This document shows positions 49,129 through 60,196 of a stretch of DNA of 64,000 bases, one piece after another. This stretch comes from Sedimentisphaerales bacterium (GTDB lineage: Bacteria > Planctomycetota > Phycisphaerae > Sedimentisphaerales > SM23-30), in the NCBI GenBank assembly GCA_963666285.1, contig OY762711.1; one strand, 5' to 3'. The first letter of the stretch is position 1; the number at the start of each line of letters is the position of its first letter. The position numbers and the translations under genes were made by a program. The notes under the pieces are model-generated. The model saw only the letters and a program-made list of their open reading frames with translations. It searched no databases and was not told the DNA's origin.

Positions 49129-52100
49129 ATGTTGCGCAAAATTCGCCGCCAGTTCAACAAGGCCAGACAACTTCGCAAAAACACTCCAAAATCTAACTCA
49201 TCTCTTAAATTCGAACCTCTTGAAAATCGACTGCTGCTCGACGTCGCTGGATATTGGTCAGAATTAGGCTACCGCTCAGGAAGCGGCGGCGGCGTCAGCT
49301 GGGACACCACCAGCGATGTGGGAGAAACGCAGATTATCACCTCAGAAGATGGCGATCCGGTAGTATTCTGGGTTGAAGGTAACTATAGTGATTTAACCAC
49401 TTTAGATGCAGATGCCGATCCTGTGCCTTATAGCTATTATCTATCTGGAACCATACATGCTCGTCAGTATGCTGGCGAAGATTTAGGCTGGTGGGACCTT
49501 GACGGAGGCAGCGGCGATTCTGCAATCACATCAGGCGGACAGATCGATGTCGTCACTGGCCCAAATGGTAGAATTATTCTGGCTGGTATCAGTAACGATC
49601 AGGTATTCGTTATGCAATGGGATGGCGCTGACTGGACAGATATTTCGAATGCCGGCGTAACAGTTAACCTTCAAACGGTAGTTGCAACTGCTATTGATCC
49701 GGATGATCCAGATACCCTGGTTGACGTAACTGAAGGTGTTACAGCAAGTAAGCCTTCAATTGCTGTAAATGATGCAGGTGAAATTTTCGTTTCTTATACC
49801 GCTGAATTTCCGGGTGCAAGCCAAAGTGAAATCGTTGTCATGAAGTATGGCTTTGCCTATGATGACAATACTGTGGGTACACCATTACAGAGCGATTTGG
49901 GGTGGACAGAGTTGACAAGCACTGAAGTTGGAGAATTTGGCCAAACAGCAGGGCAGATGACAGGCGGTGCAAGTAATACTACCGGTAATTCTTTTGACTC
50001 TGCAATAACAGTTGACAATAGTGGAAAGCCTATTATTGCCTGGACTGAAGCGGCTGACGAAGTTAATGGTGAAATCTTTGTAAAACGTTGGGATGGCGAT
50101 AGTTGGGAAGAGATAGGAGAAAACTCCGCCAGTTTTAATGAGGCAAATGGTAATTTTGGTATATCAAGTAATTCTTATCAGGATCTGCAACCTGATATTG
50201 CCGTCAATAGTGATGGCGATATTATTGTAACCTGGGTAAGCTGGCAAAACTGGACTAACTACACTAGTGACGGTCAGGCCGGCATATTTGTTCGTTATCT
50301 GCCGGGAAACGACACAACTGGACCATGGCGTGCCTATACATTCCAAGTTGATGCGGGCGGGGTTGATTCTGACAAAGATGCTGGTGTAGCACAGGGTTAT
50401 GGTGTTCCAGAAGGTCGTGCCGGTTTAGGCTGGTATTATCAGCCGGAGATAACTCTTGACAGTTCCGGCAATGCTGCAATTACCTGGTTTGGTTGGGGCG
50501 AGAGTGAAAATAATGCTGTTGACAGGGATCACGAACGTAATCCATATGTGGCTGACGACCCTTATTGGGGGGTTTTTGTAAGCTACTATCATGATCATGA
50601 TAATAATTCAAATACTGCTGATACCTATGAGTTACTATTTGAAGATTACGATGAGACCACTTATGAATGGAATTCTGACACTGCAGCGGCACATACAAAT
50701 GTGCAACGTGCAGTTGCAGGAGAACCAGACAAGCTTGCCTGGGCTCCATCTCTGACATTTGTTGGTGATCCCGGAAGCGAAACCCTGGTATTCAGTTATG
50801 TTCAGGAAGATGAGATTGATTATGAATTCCAATATGACCAGGAAACTTACGTTAAATATTGGGATGGAGACAGCTGGGAGGAATATGGTCTTGGAGCAGC
50901 TTCTAATGGTAATACAGTAATATCTGATTATCCTACAGATGCTGACTTTGACACATCTGATATTGCATACTTTGAATTTAATTCAATTTCAACAGATGAT
51001 TATGATGTTGTTACAGCTAATGCAGACTATACCACGGAAAATTCCAGCAAAATGTATGTTTATGATCGCCAGACAGGTTCCTGGAGTACCAAGGAGCCAC
51101 TCACTGCCGGCGGCGATGATATTAATCTGATCGACCATGATGGTGATGGTGTATATGGTTTTGGTTGTATTTTCGATTTAAAGGGTGAGCCTGAGATCGA
51201 GTATTCAGACATCAAAAATGGAAATCCTCTTCTGGCGTTCCTTGACGATACCGATGGCATTCCTTATGTCTACCAGTATTCTATTGCAGGTGGATGGTCC
51301 TTAGTAGGCGGAGTTGCAGCAGGAGATATAGCAGGTAACTTTGACTATGACAGTGAGGATGTTGGCATTAGCGTGCAGATGGGATCTGATGGTTCTGTCC
51401 TGGTGGCATATGTTGCCACAAATCAAAATGGATCGGTTGGTGATACAAGCGATGACTTTGATTATATAATTACTCGTTTATATAACCCTACAACAAACAC
51501 ATGGTCGGATGCAGATACCGGAGAATTAACAGTTGCTTCTGTATTAGAAACAACATATTTTGCTGATTATAATGGTTACGATTTTGATGAGGTCGGTGAT
51601 CTGTCAGATGGTGATTATGATGATAACAACAGGAGGGTATATGAGACCGGTCAGTGGAATTTCTGGGGCGTAGAAGATGATGAAGTTGTATCTGCAGACA
51701 TAACTTCTTACTCTGATACAGACCTGGCATTTGCTATTGTTACCGATCGGTTATTTAACTGGTTTGACTTCCAGGATACTGATGATCCATACAGACAGGC
51801 GGCTATAGAAATAGCATTTAATTTTGATGCCGAATCAACACAGAATTTTGCTTACGGGGATGTTGACCATCAGTTCGAGCTTGTTGACGATGGTGATATT
51901 ATAATCGAATTTGATGCATCTTTGGATGCTGCCGGTGCAATTGAAAGCGGGTTTGCAGTTGATCCGTTACAAGATAAAGACCTGTATTTGTATCTTACGA
52001 TTGATGGTTCTATAGTTGATGTTAATCCAAATGACTCAGCGATTAATACCACTTATGTTCCAAGCAGTATGACTCCTGTTGCGGTAGCTGCTGCAGGTGA

Positions 52101-55100
52101 ATTGCTTGAAATGACTTCATTTAAATTCGATTCAACAGAGCTGTATGATATAAACGGTGATCCAATAGAACTTGACGGCGGCGAACACCAGGTAGGTTTT
52201 ATTGCTATTGCTTCTGATAATGGTGGAACGGCAACTGCAGATACGGCTCAGAATGGAGCTGTTCGGATAGATAATGTTGTTGTTTACCAGAGGGTTATAA
52301 GCGAGAGTATGTTTGTAAGTGGATCAACATCAACCTTTAATGATGGGCAGTATGCTCTTGGCGGAGGTACATGGTCTTACGTTGATGTGGTAGCCCCTGC
52401 AAGTGCTAACGGTGAGATTGAGCTGGGATCAGGGCGTTCTGGTGATGCTGATGACGACGTGCTTAAAATGACATTGGGTAATGCTAATGGTGCTATTAAT
52501 ACTTATGCTGTTTCTGGCCAGTTTAAGCAAGAGTACAGCTTGACAGAAACAGGATATATTAGATTAGATTTTGATTATAAAATAGAGACCGACAGTGATT
52601 TTGGTACTTCGGATGAGGTTGAGTTGCTTGTTTGGGCTGATTATGATAATGATGGGGTTATGGATGCCGGAGAACAGTTAAACTATGATAGTGATTCTGC
52701 TGACACTTTGAGTACATATATTATAACAGGTGCTGATGGAGACAGTAACTGGGTACGTGTATCTTTAACTGCATCGTTAACAGACAGTGCAGATTGCGAC
52801 ATATACTTTACCGCAGGAATAACAGATTACGGCGGAAGTGATTCTGGTGAAGCAATAATCTACATAGATAATGTTGATGTAAGCCATTCGTTATCTTTAG
52901 ATTCATTGGTTGTTGGTGATGTTAATGACCCGAATAGTAATGATGCTGACCAAGGGAGCTGGGTGTATTCAGAAGCTGATACTGGAAATTTGATTTCTAT
53001 AGATATGGCTGGTGGTGCAGATGATTATATCCAGATGGAATTTGAGGGTGGAGTTGACAGCAGTTCGTACGGGCAGATTGGGTATGCATTTACTACATCG
53101 ACTAGCAGTAGTGCCTATTATTCATATGTTAGTCTGGATTTCTCATACAAGATTGATCTTGAAGGTGAAGGCCCTTCGGCTTTAATATTTAACGATGGTG
53201 CTGTAAGCCTTAGTGACTATGGCGCAGTTCAATTATACCTTGTAGAAGATGATGGTGACGGTATTCTTGAAGATTCTACTGCAGATTCATATACCAGGAT
53301 AAGTGATGAGGGTTTATATAGATATTATTCTGATGGTATGACGGACTCCAGCAGTGGTTGGGTAACAGTTAGTGATGCGACAATAGGTCCGCTTGATCCC
53401 TCAACAACATATTACATTGTTTTCCGTGGACTGATTAGTGATAGTTCAGTTGACGCTGATGGGGATACTGATAATTCTATGGTATCTATTGACGATATCT
53501 CTGTTAAGTTTACAGGGTATACACAGTGGGAAAATGATGAAAGTGGAGGAAATACAGGTGGAAATAATACAGTTGGTCCGGTAAATGATGATGGTGTATA
53601 CAGGTATGAAGATGTGTTCCGTGGTGATATACATGCTTCTAACGCGTATAATCAGGATATTGGTATTCAAAGCCAGATGATCACTATACCGGACTATACT
53701 CAGACAATTGCTGGCGATGCCAGGATATCATTCAGATATCGCTGGGTAGATTCTGTTTCAGCAACTACCGGATTACCTGACTTGTCAGATATAAGGCTGC
53801 TGATTGATGGAGTTGAATACGATTCATCTAATTCATCACGTTTGCTTGGTGTTAGCTATTCTTCCAGTTACAGCTGGTATGATGGTATGGTCAACAATCC
53901 AACCTACACTTTGGTTGAGATTGATATTACCGGCCTTGAAGCAGGTTCGCATGATATCAGTATTGAACTAGTTGGAGCATCTGATGTTTGGGTTGATAAT
54001 TTGCTAGTACAGGGTTCAACGTCTCTAATTGACAGTATCAATCCTATTGTTAAATTAGGAGCTGTTGGTAAAGAAGGTGAACGTCCATTCATTGTCGGTG
54101 CCACTTATATTGCAAATGATATGGGTGTCTATCCGACTACAGACGCGACAATATCAAGTAAATATTCTATTCGAAACTATATTGAAGCAAACTCGATGGG
54201 TTCGACAAGCCAGGAGATTTATCCAAGAAACTTCCTGGCTGACGCATATTCATATGCGGCTTTGTATGAACTCAACAATAACACTTGGGACCAATATGGC
54301 GACACAATTATGGCTACTGTGTCTTTAAACTTTTTAGGTGTTCCAGGAGCATCTACAGTCAATCCTGCTGCCGATTTGTATTATCTGCAAGATTTTGCAA
54401 CTGGTCCAAGTCAGGCACAATGGGTACTTGTTGAGAATGCAGAGACCGAAATGGTTGATGTGACTGGTAATGGAGATTATTATTATGATGCTCATCCATG
54501 GGATTATCCCAATCCGCCTGAATACTGGGGAGATCCTACTTCATTAACTACTGAGATATGGCGTTGGGACATTACTGACGATGATGACAATGATAAAGAA
54601 GACTGGGTCATAGTTGCTAGCCCAATGACTTTGTATGCAACAAATGACAATGATGATATATTTCGTAATGGCCAAATAATAAGTGGACCGAACCAGATGC
54701 CGATTGTAGCCTGGACAGATTATTCAGATGCCGGTACATATTTAAATAATGGCTCTCATGCAGTTCGATATACCGGAAATAATACCTGGGAAGCAGTTGG
54801 TCCTTCTGCAGATGGAGATATTCAAAATGGCGGTTTGTCATGGGGAGCAACAACTCTTCATGAAATGATACGCGATGAGAATGGTTTACCGTTAATTTCG
54901 TATTCAGGTGATCATCTTGACGTGTTTGCTATCCGCGAGTTTGTGACTGATCTTGAAGATGCTGATGCCACGTTCCTTGATATGGATGATGTCGAGGGAG
55001 ATTTAGTCTTAGATTACGGTGTAGTTGAAGGTGGAAGGGTTGCAGAAAGATTTTCCATAACTAATGATGGCGCAGGTGACTTGTATATCCAGAATATCAG

Positions 55101-58100
55101 TTTTGGTGGTCTTGGAGATGCTGAGTCTGCCTTTAATATAACTAATGATCCTGGAATTGGTACAGAGGCTTTGATTCTTGAAAGCGGTGAGACTTATGTA
55201 TTTAATGTAGAGTTTGACCCGAACAATGTTCCTGTGGGAAGTTATCAAGGTGTTATTGTAGTTCAGACCAATGAAGGTGAGTCTGACGTACATCCATTTG
55301 ATAATTTCCAGGAAATAATCGTAAGAGTTGAAGTGGCTAATGATGGAGATATAGTAATCGAAGACGATCAGGGTAACAGGACAGACCGGTATCTGTTCTT
55401 TGACGATGCGACAATAAATATGTCATCTTCTGTATGGCAGACACAGGTCATTACGATACGAAATGAAGGTACCGATACTCTTGATATTTCTGATCTGGTA
55501 TATACTGGTGCAGGTTTTGAAATTGTTGGAATAACCAAGAATGGTACTGTAGATCTGGATGCCGATGATGATGGATTATTAGATGCTGCTCAGATATTAG
55601 CTGTTGATGATACAATTGAAATTACTGTTGGTTTTAACCCCAAAGAGTCTTTATTGTATGATGAGACTATTTATATTGTGAGCAATGATACTAGTGAACC
55701 ATTAGTTCCAGTTCGTTTACTGGGTTACGGTTTATCAGGTGGCGATGTTTCTATTGAAACGTCAATTGATGGTATTGAGTGGACCACAGTATGGTTAAGT
55801 AACGATCCAAACGGCCTGTTAGATGATGTTGACCAGGCATTGGAATTAGGCAGTACAGTCTGGGGGCAGACTGACGCAACACCTCTCTATGTAAGAATTA
55901 ATAATACAGGAAGCAGTGAACTTCTAATTGAGGAAGTAAGGCTTCAGAGCGGAACCTCAGAAATAGCATTTGGTCCCGATAGCAGGATCGCGGATGTTGA
56001 AATAGCTTCCGGAGACAGTTATACATTCTCTATGACTTATTCGCCAAATACCGGCAATGTTCAGGATATTACAACAGATTTATTGTTTTTAAGTGAAAAC
56101 CTCTTTATTCTTACTGATTCAAGCGATGAAGATGATGCCGAAATATCACTAGCGGTCGAAGGCTATGCTGTTCCGGAAGCACCAGTGGTACAAATTGTTG
56201 ACCCGGACACAAATGAGGTGATAAGTGGATGGATACCTGAAGCCGGTGTAGTAGTAGATGCTTCCAAGGGTCTTGACATGGGTATTGTAAATCTTGGAAC
56301 CGGTTCAATTGGCTCAAATAGTTTTACCAAGACTCTTTACATAAGAAATTTAGGCGGCGAAGCATTAACTATTGAAGCTCTGCAGGTTGGATATTTGTCT
56401 GGAGGAGACAATGCTTCAGATTACAGCATAACACCTGTGAATATAGCGGGCAGTTCTTCTGATGACATCACTTTAGCCGGCAGCGGTTCTTTATATTCAG
56501 TTGTAGTTACATTTACCCCAACTGTGACTGGAGAAAAAACAGCCCTGTTCTACCTGGATTATAGCTGGGATTGGAATGGCGACGGAGTGCCGAATAGTTC
56601 TCAGGTGTTTGTGGAATTATTTACAGATGTAACAGATCAAAGCATAATGGTTAGTGACGATGACGGCAAGAGCAATGCTATCCTTGATTTCACATCTGTT
56701 GGTACCGGTCATTATAAGGAAGCAAACGTAATAGTTTCAAATACCGGAGAAAGTGATTTAACAATTTCTAACTGGGAATTACTTGTTTATAACGGCAGCA
56801 GCTGGGTGACGGCTGGTGCTAGTGATCCATTTAGTGTAGCATTATTTGAGGATTCATTTAAGGTTGCCGGTGGTGGAAGTCAGATGATCCCGGTTACGTT
56901 TTCTCCGACAGCAATTGGGAATTATGATGCTATTCTGAGAATATATTCTGATGATGCCAGTCAGACAGATAATGGAGACGAAACGTATTATACAGATTAT
57001 ACTTTAAGTGGCATGGGAGTGGCTCCAGGTGTAGTGGAAACCTATGATTCAACAGGTACATCTGTAGTAAGCAGCCTGGATTTTGGAATCGTTGAATATG
57101 GCGAATTATGGTCTGATGGCACTGATTTCCGTAAATACTTCAGAGTTGTTAATGATGGTGATGCGGTTATCGATATTTCACGGATATATACAGATAATAA
57201 TCTGTTTACAATATATGTTGATGGTGTAGCGGGAGGTTTAAGTTCAACAGCAGATACAGATGATGTTACTCTTGAGCCGGGAGAATATGTGACGGTAGGT
57301 GTTGCTTTCTCTGCTCAGCAGCCATTTTTCGATACTGATGTAGTTGGTTTGCAGCATGTATATATAGATTACGATGACAATAGCGGATCTTCAGAGGTAC
57401 AGGCTGCTGTAGCCCTTGAAGCGAGCGTGCTTATGACTTCTTCACCTGATCCGTCCACTGGCTCAAGCAGCAAGGTTGTATGGAGTGATGATGATGGTGA
57501 TCTTATCACTGTTGAGTTAATTGGTCCCGGAAGTTTTGCGATTAAGGCTGTAAGTACCACTAACAACGATATCGGTGTAATTGAGTTAACAGGTACCACT
57601 CTTAAGAGTATCTTAAAGATAACAGGAGAGAAGGGTAATCAGTATGATTCTGTTATTGGTGCTATTTTAGGTGAAAATGGTGAGGCAATTGATGAGCTTG
57701 GCGGCATATATATGAAATATGTTGATATCGATGGCGACCAGGGTGATTCTCTTGTTTCTGAACAAGCCCCGGCCGATGCTGGTGACGGTGTTGCTGACAG
57801 GCAATATGCAATAGCTATTGAAAACCTTGACAGCAAACTTATTCTAGGTGATATTTTTGACCAGGCTGATATTTATATTGGCAGTGTAGAAAAATCTTCA
57901 GGCCTTGACATTATTACCGGTGAAATTTCTGGTGGAACAGAAATTTATATTGATGGCAATGTTAAGAGTTTTACTGTTTCAGCAAATGATTCAAAGGATA
58001 GAGTTGATGTTTTGGCTGATACTATTGAGATAACTGGAGATCTTGGCAGTTTCACTGTAAAGGGATATAATGCTGATATTACATCCGATTTTATCGTTGG

Positions 58101-58713
58101 CGGCTCTCTTAATAAGATGAATCTGAACAAGGCTGGCGGTTTTACCGGCTTGTTATCTGTAGATGGAGACTTTGGTTCATTCAACATGCCAAGCGGCACA
58201 TTTACCGGCATGCTTATCTCTGACAGCCTTAAGAAGTTTGTTGTGGAAGATATGAATAGTGGTACAATTGCTGTTCAGTCAGTCATAAAGTCTGTTAAAA
58301 TCAATAATGATATGATTGATTCCATGATTTTGTCAGGTGTTAATGTTGGCGATGATAATCTTGTAGGCGGACTTGATGACAGCCTTGTAGGTGGATCTGA
58401 AATTAAAAGCGTGACTGTTAAGGGTATGTACAGCGACAGTAACATTCTTGCCGGCATTGGTGAGAATTCAAGCGGGAACTATGATGTTTTCGGTCCTGAT
58501 GTTCCTGTTGATACAGCATCCGGCAGTATTGGTACTATTAAATTTGGTTATGTAGATTTTGGTGATACTCTTGATGAGTTTGGTATTGGTGCCGGTACCA
58601 GTATTCAGTCACTGAAAATGAGTTTGATCGAAGGTGCCAAAGCTGTTACTTATAAATCGCCTTTTAGTATTGATCTTGATGACGGGGATGAATTCTTTAT
58701 GAAACTGTTCTAA
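49129..58713 (+). CDS. Giant acidic extracellular/surface protein with a planctomycete LEPR-XLL leader, beta-propeller-like repeats, beta-sandwich modules and six ASH/choice-of-anchor-D-like Ig repeats
   Basis: Basic N-terminus then LKFEPLENRLLL; AGGAG RBS; repeats PxIAVxxxGxxxxxW and WDGDSWEE; six units with IxNxGxxxLxI...V.F.P; C-terminal WSDDDGDLITVELIGPG region. Confidence 0.85.
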   Translation: MLRKIRRQFNKARQLRKNTPKSNSSLKFEPLENRLLLDVAGYWSELGYRSGSGGGVSWDTTSDVGETQIITSEDGDPVVFWVEGNYSDLTTLDADADPVPYSYYLSGTIHARQYAGEDLGWWDLDGGSGDSAITSGGQIDVVTGPNGRIILAGISNDQVFVMQWDGADWTDISNAGVTVNLQTVVATAIDPDDPDTLVDVTEGVTASKPSIAVNDAGEIFVSYTAEFPGASQSEIVVMKYGFAYDDNTVGTPLQSDLGWTELTSTEVGEFGQTAGQMTGGASNTTGNSFDSAITVDNSGKPIIAWTEAADEVNGEIFVKRWDGDSWEEIGENSASFNEANGNFGISSNSYQDLQPDIAVNSDGDIIVTWVSWQNWTNYTSDGQAGIFVRYLPGNDTTGPWRAYTFQVDAGGVDSDKDAGVAQGYGVPEGRAGLGWYYQPEITLDSSGNAAITWFGWGESENNAVDRDHERNPYVADDPYWGVFVSYYHDHDNNSNTADTYELLFEDYDETTYEWNSDTAAAHTNVQRAVAGEPDKLAWAPSLTFVGDPGSETLVFSYVQEDEIDYEFQYDQETYVKYWDGDSWEEYGLGAASNGNTVISDYPTDADFDTSDIAYFEFNSISTDDYDVVTANADYTTENSSKMYVYDRQTGSWSTKEPLTAGGDDINLIDHDGDGVYGFGCIFDLKGEPEIEYSDIKNGNPLLAFLDDTDGIPYVYQYSIAGGWSLVGGVAAGDIAGNFDYDSEDVGISVQMGSDGSVLVAYVATNQNGSVGDTSDDFDYIITRLYNPTTNTWSDADTGELTVASVLETTYFADYNGYDFDEVGDLSDGDYDDNNRRVYETGQWNFWGVEDDEVVSADITSYSDTDLAFAIVTDRLFNWFDFQDTDDPYRQAAIEIAFNFDAESTQNFAYGDVDHQFELVDDGDIIIEFDASLDAAGAIESGFAVDPLQDKDLYLYLTIDGSIVDVNPNDSAINTTYVPSSMTPVAVAAAGELLEMTSFKFDSTELYDINGDPIELDGGEHQVGFIAIASDNGGTATADTAQNGAVRIDNVVVYQRVISESMFVSGSTSTFNDGQYALGGGTWSYVDVVAPASANGEIELGSGRSGDADDDVLKMTLGNANGAINTYAVSGQFKQEYSLTETGYIRLDFDYKIETDSDFGTSDEVELLVWADYDNDGVMDAGEQLNYDSDSADTLSTYIITGADGDSNWVRVSLTASLTDSADCDIYFTAGITDYGGSDSGEAIIYIDNVDVSHSLSLDSLVVGDVNDPNSNDADQGSWVYSEADTGNLISIDMAGGADDYIQMEFEGGVDSSSYGQIGYAFTTSTSSSAYYSYVSLDFSYKIDLEGEGPSALIFNDGAVSLSDYGAVQLYLVEDDGDGILEDSTADSYTRISDEGLYRYYSDGMTDSSSGWVTVSDATIGPLDPSTTYYIVFRGLISDSSVDADGDTDNSMVSIDDISVKFTGYTQWENDESGGNTGGNNTVGPVNDDGVYRYEDVFRGDIHASNAYNQDIGIQSQMITIPDYTQTIAGDARISFRYRWVDSVSATTGLPDLSDIRLLIDGVEYDSSNSSRLLGVSYSSSYSWYDGMVNNPTYTLVEIDITGLEAGSHDISIELVGASDVWVDNLLVQGSTSLIDSINPIVKLGAVGKEGERPFIVGATYIANDMGVYPTTDATISSKYSIRNYIEANSMGSTSQEIYPRNFLADAYSYAALYELNNNTWDQYGDTIMATVSLNFLGVPGASTVNPAADLYYLQDFATGPSQAQWVLVENAETEMVDVTGNGDYYYDAHPWDYPNPPEYWGDPTSLTTEIWRWDITDDDDNDKEDWVIVASPMTLYATNDNDDIFRNGQIISGPNQMPIVAWTDYSDAGTYLNNGSHAVRYTGNNTWEAVGPSADGDIQNGGLSWGATTLHEMIRDENGLPLISYSGDHLDVFAIREFVTDLEDADATFLDMDDVEGDLVLDYGVVEGGRVAERFSITNDGAGDLYIQNISFGGLGDAESAFNITNDPGIGTEALILESGETYVFNVEFDPNNVPVGSYQGVIVVQTNEGESDVHPFDNFQEIIVRVEVANDGDIVIEDDQGNRTDRYLFFDDATINMSSSVWQTQVITIRNEGTDTLDISDLVYTGAGFEIVGITKNGTVDLDADDDGLLDAAQILAVDDTIEITVGFNPKESLLYDETIYIVSNDTSEPLVPVRLLGYGLSGGDVSIETSIDGIEWTTVWLSNDPNGLLDDVDQALELGSTVWGQTDATPLYVRINNTGSSELLIEEVRLQSGTSEIAFGPDSRIADVEIASGDSYTFSMTYSPNTGNVQDITTDLLFLSENLFILTDSSDEDDAEISLAVEGYAVPEAPVVQIVDPDTNEVISGWIPEAGVVVDASKGLDMGIVNLGTGSIGSNSFTKTLYIRNLGGEALTIEALQVGYLSGGDNASDYSITPVNIAGSSSDDITLAGSGSLYSVVVTFTPTVTGEKTALFYLDYSWDWNGDGVPNSSQVFVELFTDVTDQSIMVSDDDGKSNAILDFTSVGTGHYKEANVIVSNTGESDLTISNWELLVYNGSSWVTAGASDPFSVALFEDSFKVAGGGSQMIPVTFSPTAIGNYDAILRIYSDDASQTDNGDETYYTDYTLSGMGVAPGVVETYDSTGTSVVSSLDFGIVEYGELWSDGTDFRKYFRVVNDGDAVIDISRIYTDNNLFTIYVDGVAGGLSSTADTDDVTLEPGEYVTVGVAFSAQQPFFDTDVVGLQHVYIDYDDNSGSSEVQAAVALEASVLMTSSPDPSTGSSSKVVWSDDDGDLITVELIGPGSFAIKAVSTTNNDIGVIELTGTTLKSILKITGEKGNQYDSVIGAILGENGEAIDELGGIYMKYVDIDGDQGDSLVSEQAPADAGDGVADRQYAIAIENLDSKLILGDIFDQADIYIGSVEKSSGLDIITGEISGGTEIYIDGNVKSFTVSANDSKDRVDVLADTIEITGDLGSFTVKGYNADITSDFIVGGSLNKMNLNKAGGFTGLLSVDGDFGSFNMPSGTFTGMLISDSLKKFVVEDMNSGTIAVQSVIKSVKINNDMIDSMILSGVNVGDDNLVGGLDDSLVGGSEIKSVTVKGMYSDSNILAGIGENSSGNYDVFGPDVPVDTASGSIGTIKFGYVDFGDTLDEFGIGAGTSIQSLKMSLIEGAKAVTYKSPFSIDLDDGDEFFMKLF

Positions 58714-58735
58714 AGTATTTCAATATAGTTTATAG

Positions 58736-58768
58736 AAAAAAGGCTTGCCAATTTGGCGAGCCTTTTTT
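58736..58768. terminator. Bidirectional intrinsic terminator
   Basis: AAAAAAGGCTTGCCA-att-TGGCGAGCCTTTTTT between convergent genes. Confidence 0.85.
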
Positions 58769-60011
58769 ATTGTTTTTTATGCATGAATGATTCAAATAAA
58801 GTAGTTTGAAGTATTTGTGGCGAATCAGTAGATCCGGATACTATCATAGCTTCAACATCTTTCAGTGATTCGGCCAGGGCGATAGCTTCTTCAGGTGCCA
58901 TAACGGAAAACGCGGTTGCTAATGCGTCTGCCTGTAAACAGGTAGGGGCAATTACAGTTGCTCCAGATGCCTGCTCGGCAGGGTAACCGGTTCTGGGGTC
59001 AATGATATGGCTGAATCTTTTATTTTCTATCATAAAGTATTGTCGGTAATTTCCACTTGTTGCAATTGCATTATTTGTCAGGTATACTACCCATGTATGG
59101 CTTTCTGGAGATATTGAACTTTCAATTTCAAATGGGTCAGTTATGCCTATCGGAAATGTTTTAATCTCTGAATATGTAGATTGCTCCTGATATTGCCTTA
59201 CTGATTCCAGATATGGAGAAGATTCGGTTTGGTTTTCCATCCCCTCAGGGTAGTCAAATAAGTTGTCAGGGGGGTAATTCGTATTGTATCTGTCTAAATC
59301 TGTATTGATTGGTTTTTGAGCATAATCTCGATCAGGCAGTGGAGTATTGTTGAAACATACAATTTCTCCACCTATATTAACCATACCGGAATATACACCA
59401 GGAATGTTTTTCATAGCATTTGCTGCCAGGTCTGTAATATATCCCTTGGCAATTGCACTGACATTTATTGATAAATTTGGATTTGTAATTTCTAGAGAAG
59501 GAGCAGAATATTGCTCTGGCTTAGTTAATCTAATGTATTTAGAACCTGTATTAGCCAGAACATCAGCTATGGTGTGATATTCTGGAAATTTTCCTTCCTT
59601 TTGAGCCTTTTTCCATAGCTCTGAAAGATTTGATATTGTGATATCAAATGCATCATCCGTTAACTCGCTGTATTTTAATGATTTGTCCAGAATATAATAC
59701 AGTGGTATCGATATACTAACCGGCCCATTTTTGGCTTCTGATACGGCTCTTGATATTTCAGATTTATCAGAATAGGAATTAAATATTAGATTTGCATCGT
59801 CAATAGCACTTATCGCGGCATTATAGGCGTGAACCGCAGCAATTTCATCCTTAGATATTACCTTAATCTGGACAATTGTGCCAAGGCGAGTTACTGGTGT
59901 AAATTCTTTTTCAAATACTTTTGGTTTAGGATGATAGCTGCTAAATATAAATAAAGCTAAGATTACTATTATTAAAAGTACTTTTTTTAGGGTGTTTCTT
60001 TTTTTTCTCAT
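58767..60011 (-). CDS. apbE: FAD:protein FMN transferase ApbE
   Basis: LGTIVQI, FNSYSDKSEISR, AFDITI, SAIAKGY, VNIGGEI, IATSGNYRQY, SHIIDPRTGYP, ADALATA. N-terminal membrane anchor. Confidence 0.93.
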   Translation of the reverse strand: MRKKRNTLKKVLLIIVILALFIFSSYHPKPKVFEKEFTPVTRLGTIVQIKVISKDEIAAVHAYNAAISAIDDANLIFNSYSDKSEISRAVSEAKNGPVSISIPLYYILDKSLKYSELTDDAFDITISNLSELWKKAQKEGKFPEYHTIADVLANTGSKYIRLTKPEQYSAPSLEITNPNLSINVSAIAKGYITDLAANAMKNIPGVYSGMVNIGGEIVCFNNTPLPDRDYAQKPINTDLDRYNTNYPPDNLFDYPEGMENQTESSPYLESVRQYQEQSTYSEIKTFPIGITDPFEIESSISPESHTWVVYLTNNAIATSGNYRQYFMIENKRFSHIIDPRTGYPAEQASGATVIAPTCLQADALATAFSVMAPEEAIALAESLKDVEAMIVSGSTDSPQILQTTLFESFMHKKQ

Positions 60012-60056
60012 TTTAACATAATATAATAAAAAACTAACAATTTAGGTCAAATTTGC

Positions 60057-60085
60057 TTGCTCTTAAAGAGCCTAATGTATATATT
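60057..60085 (+). promoter_or_regulatory. Possible sigma70 promoter for the EF-G paralogue
   Basis: TTGCTC-N17-TATATT in the divergent apbE/EF-G intergenic region. Confidence 0.35.
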
Positions 60086-60196
60086 AGAAACTTCGTTATT
60101 TATATTCTAATAAGAGTAATTTCGTTTTAATCGAATTTGAAGTTAATTTTTAAAAATTTTTATCTTTTTTTTGTATTATTTTAAACCGGAGGTAAT

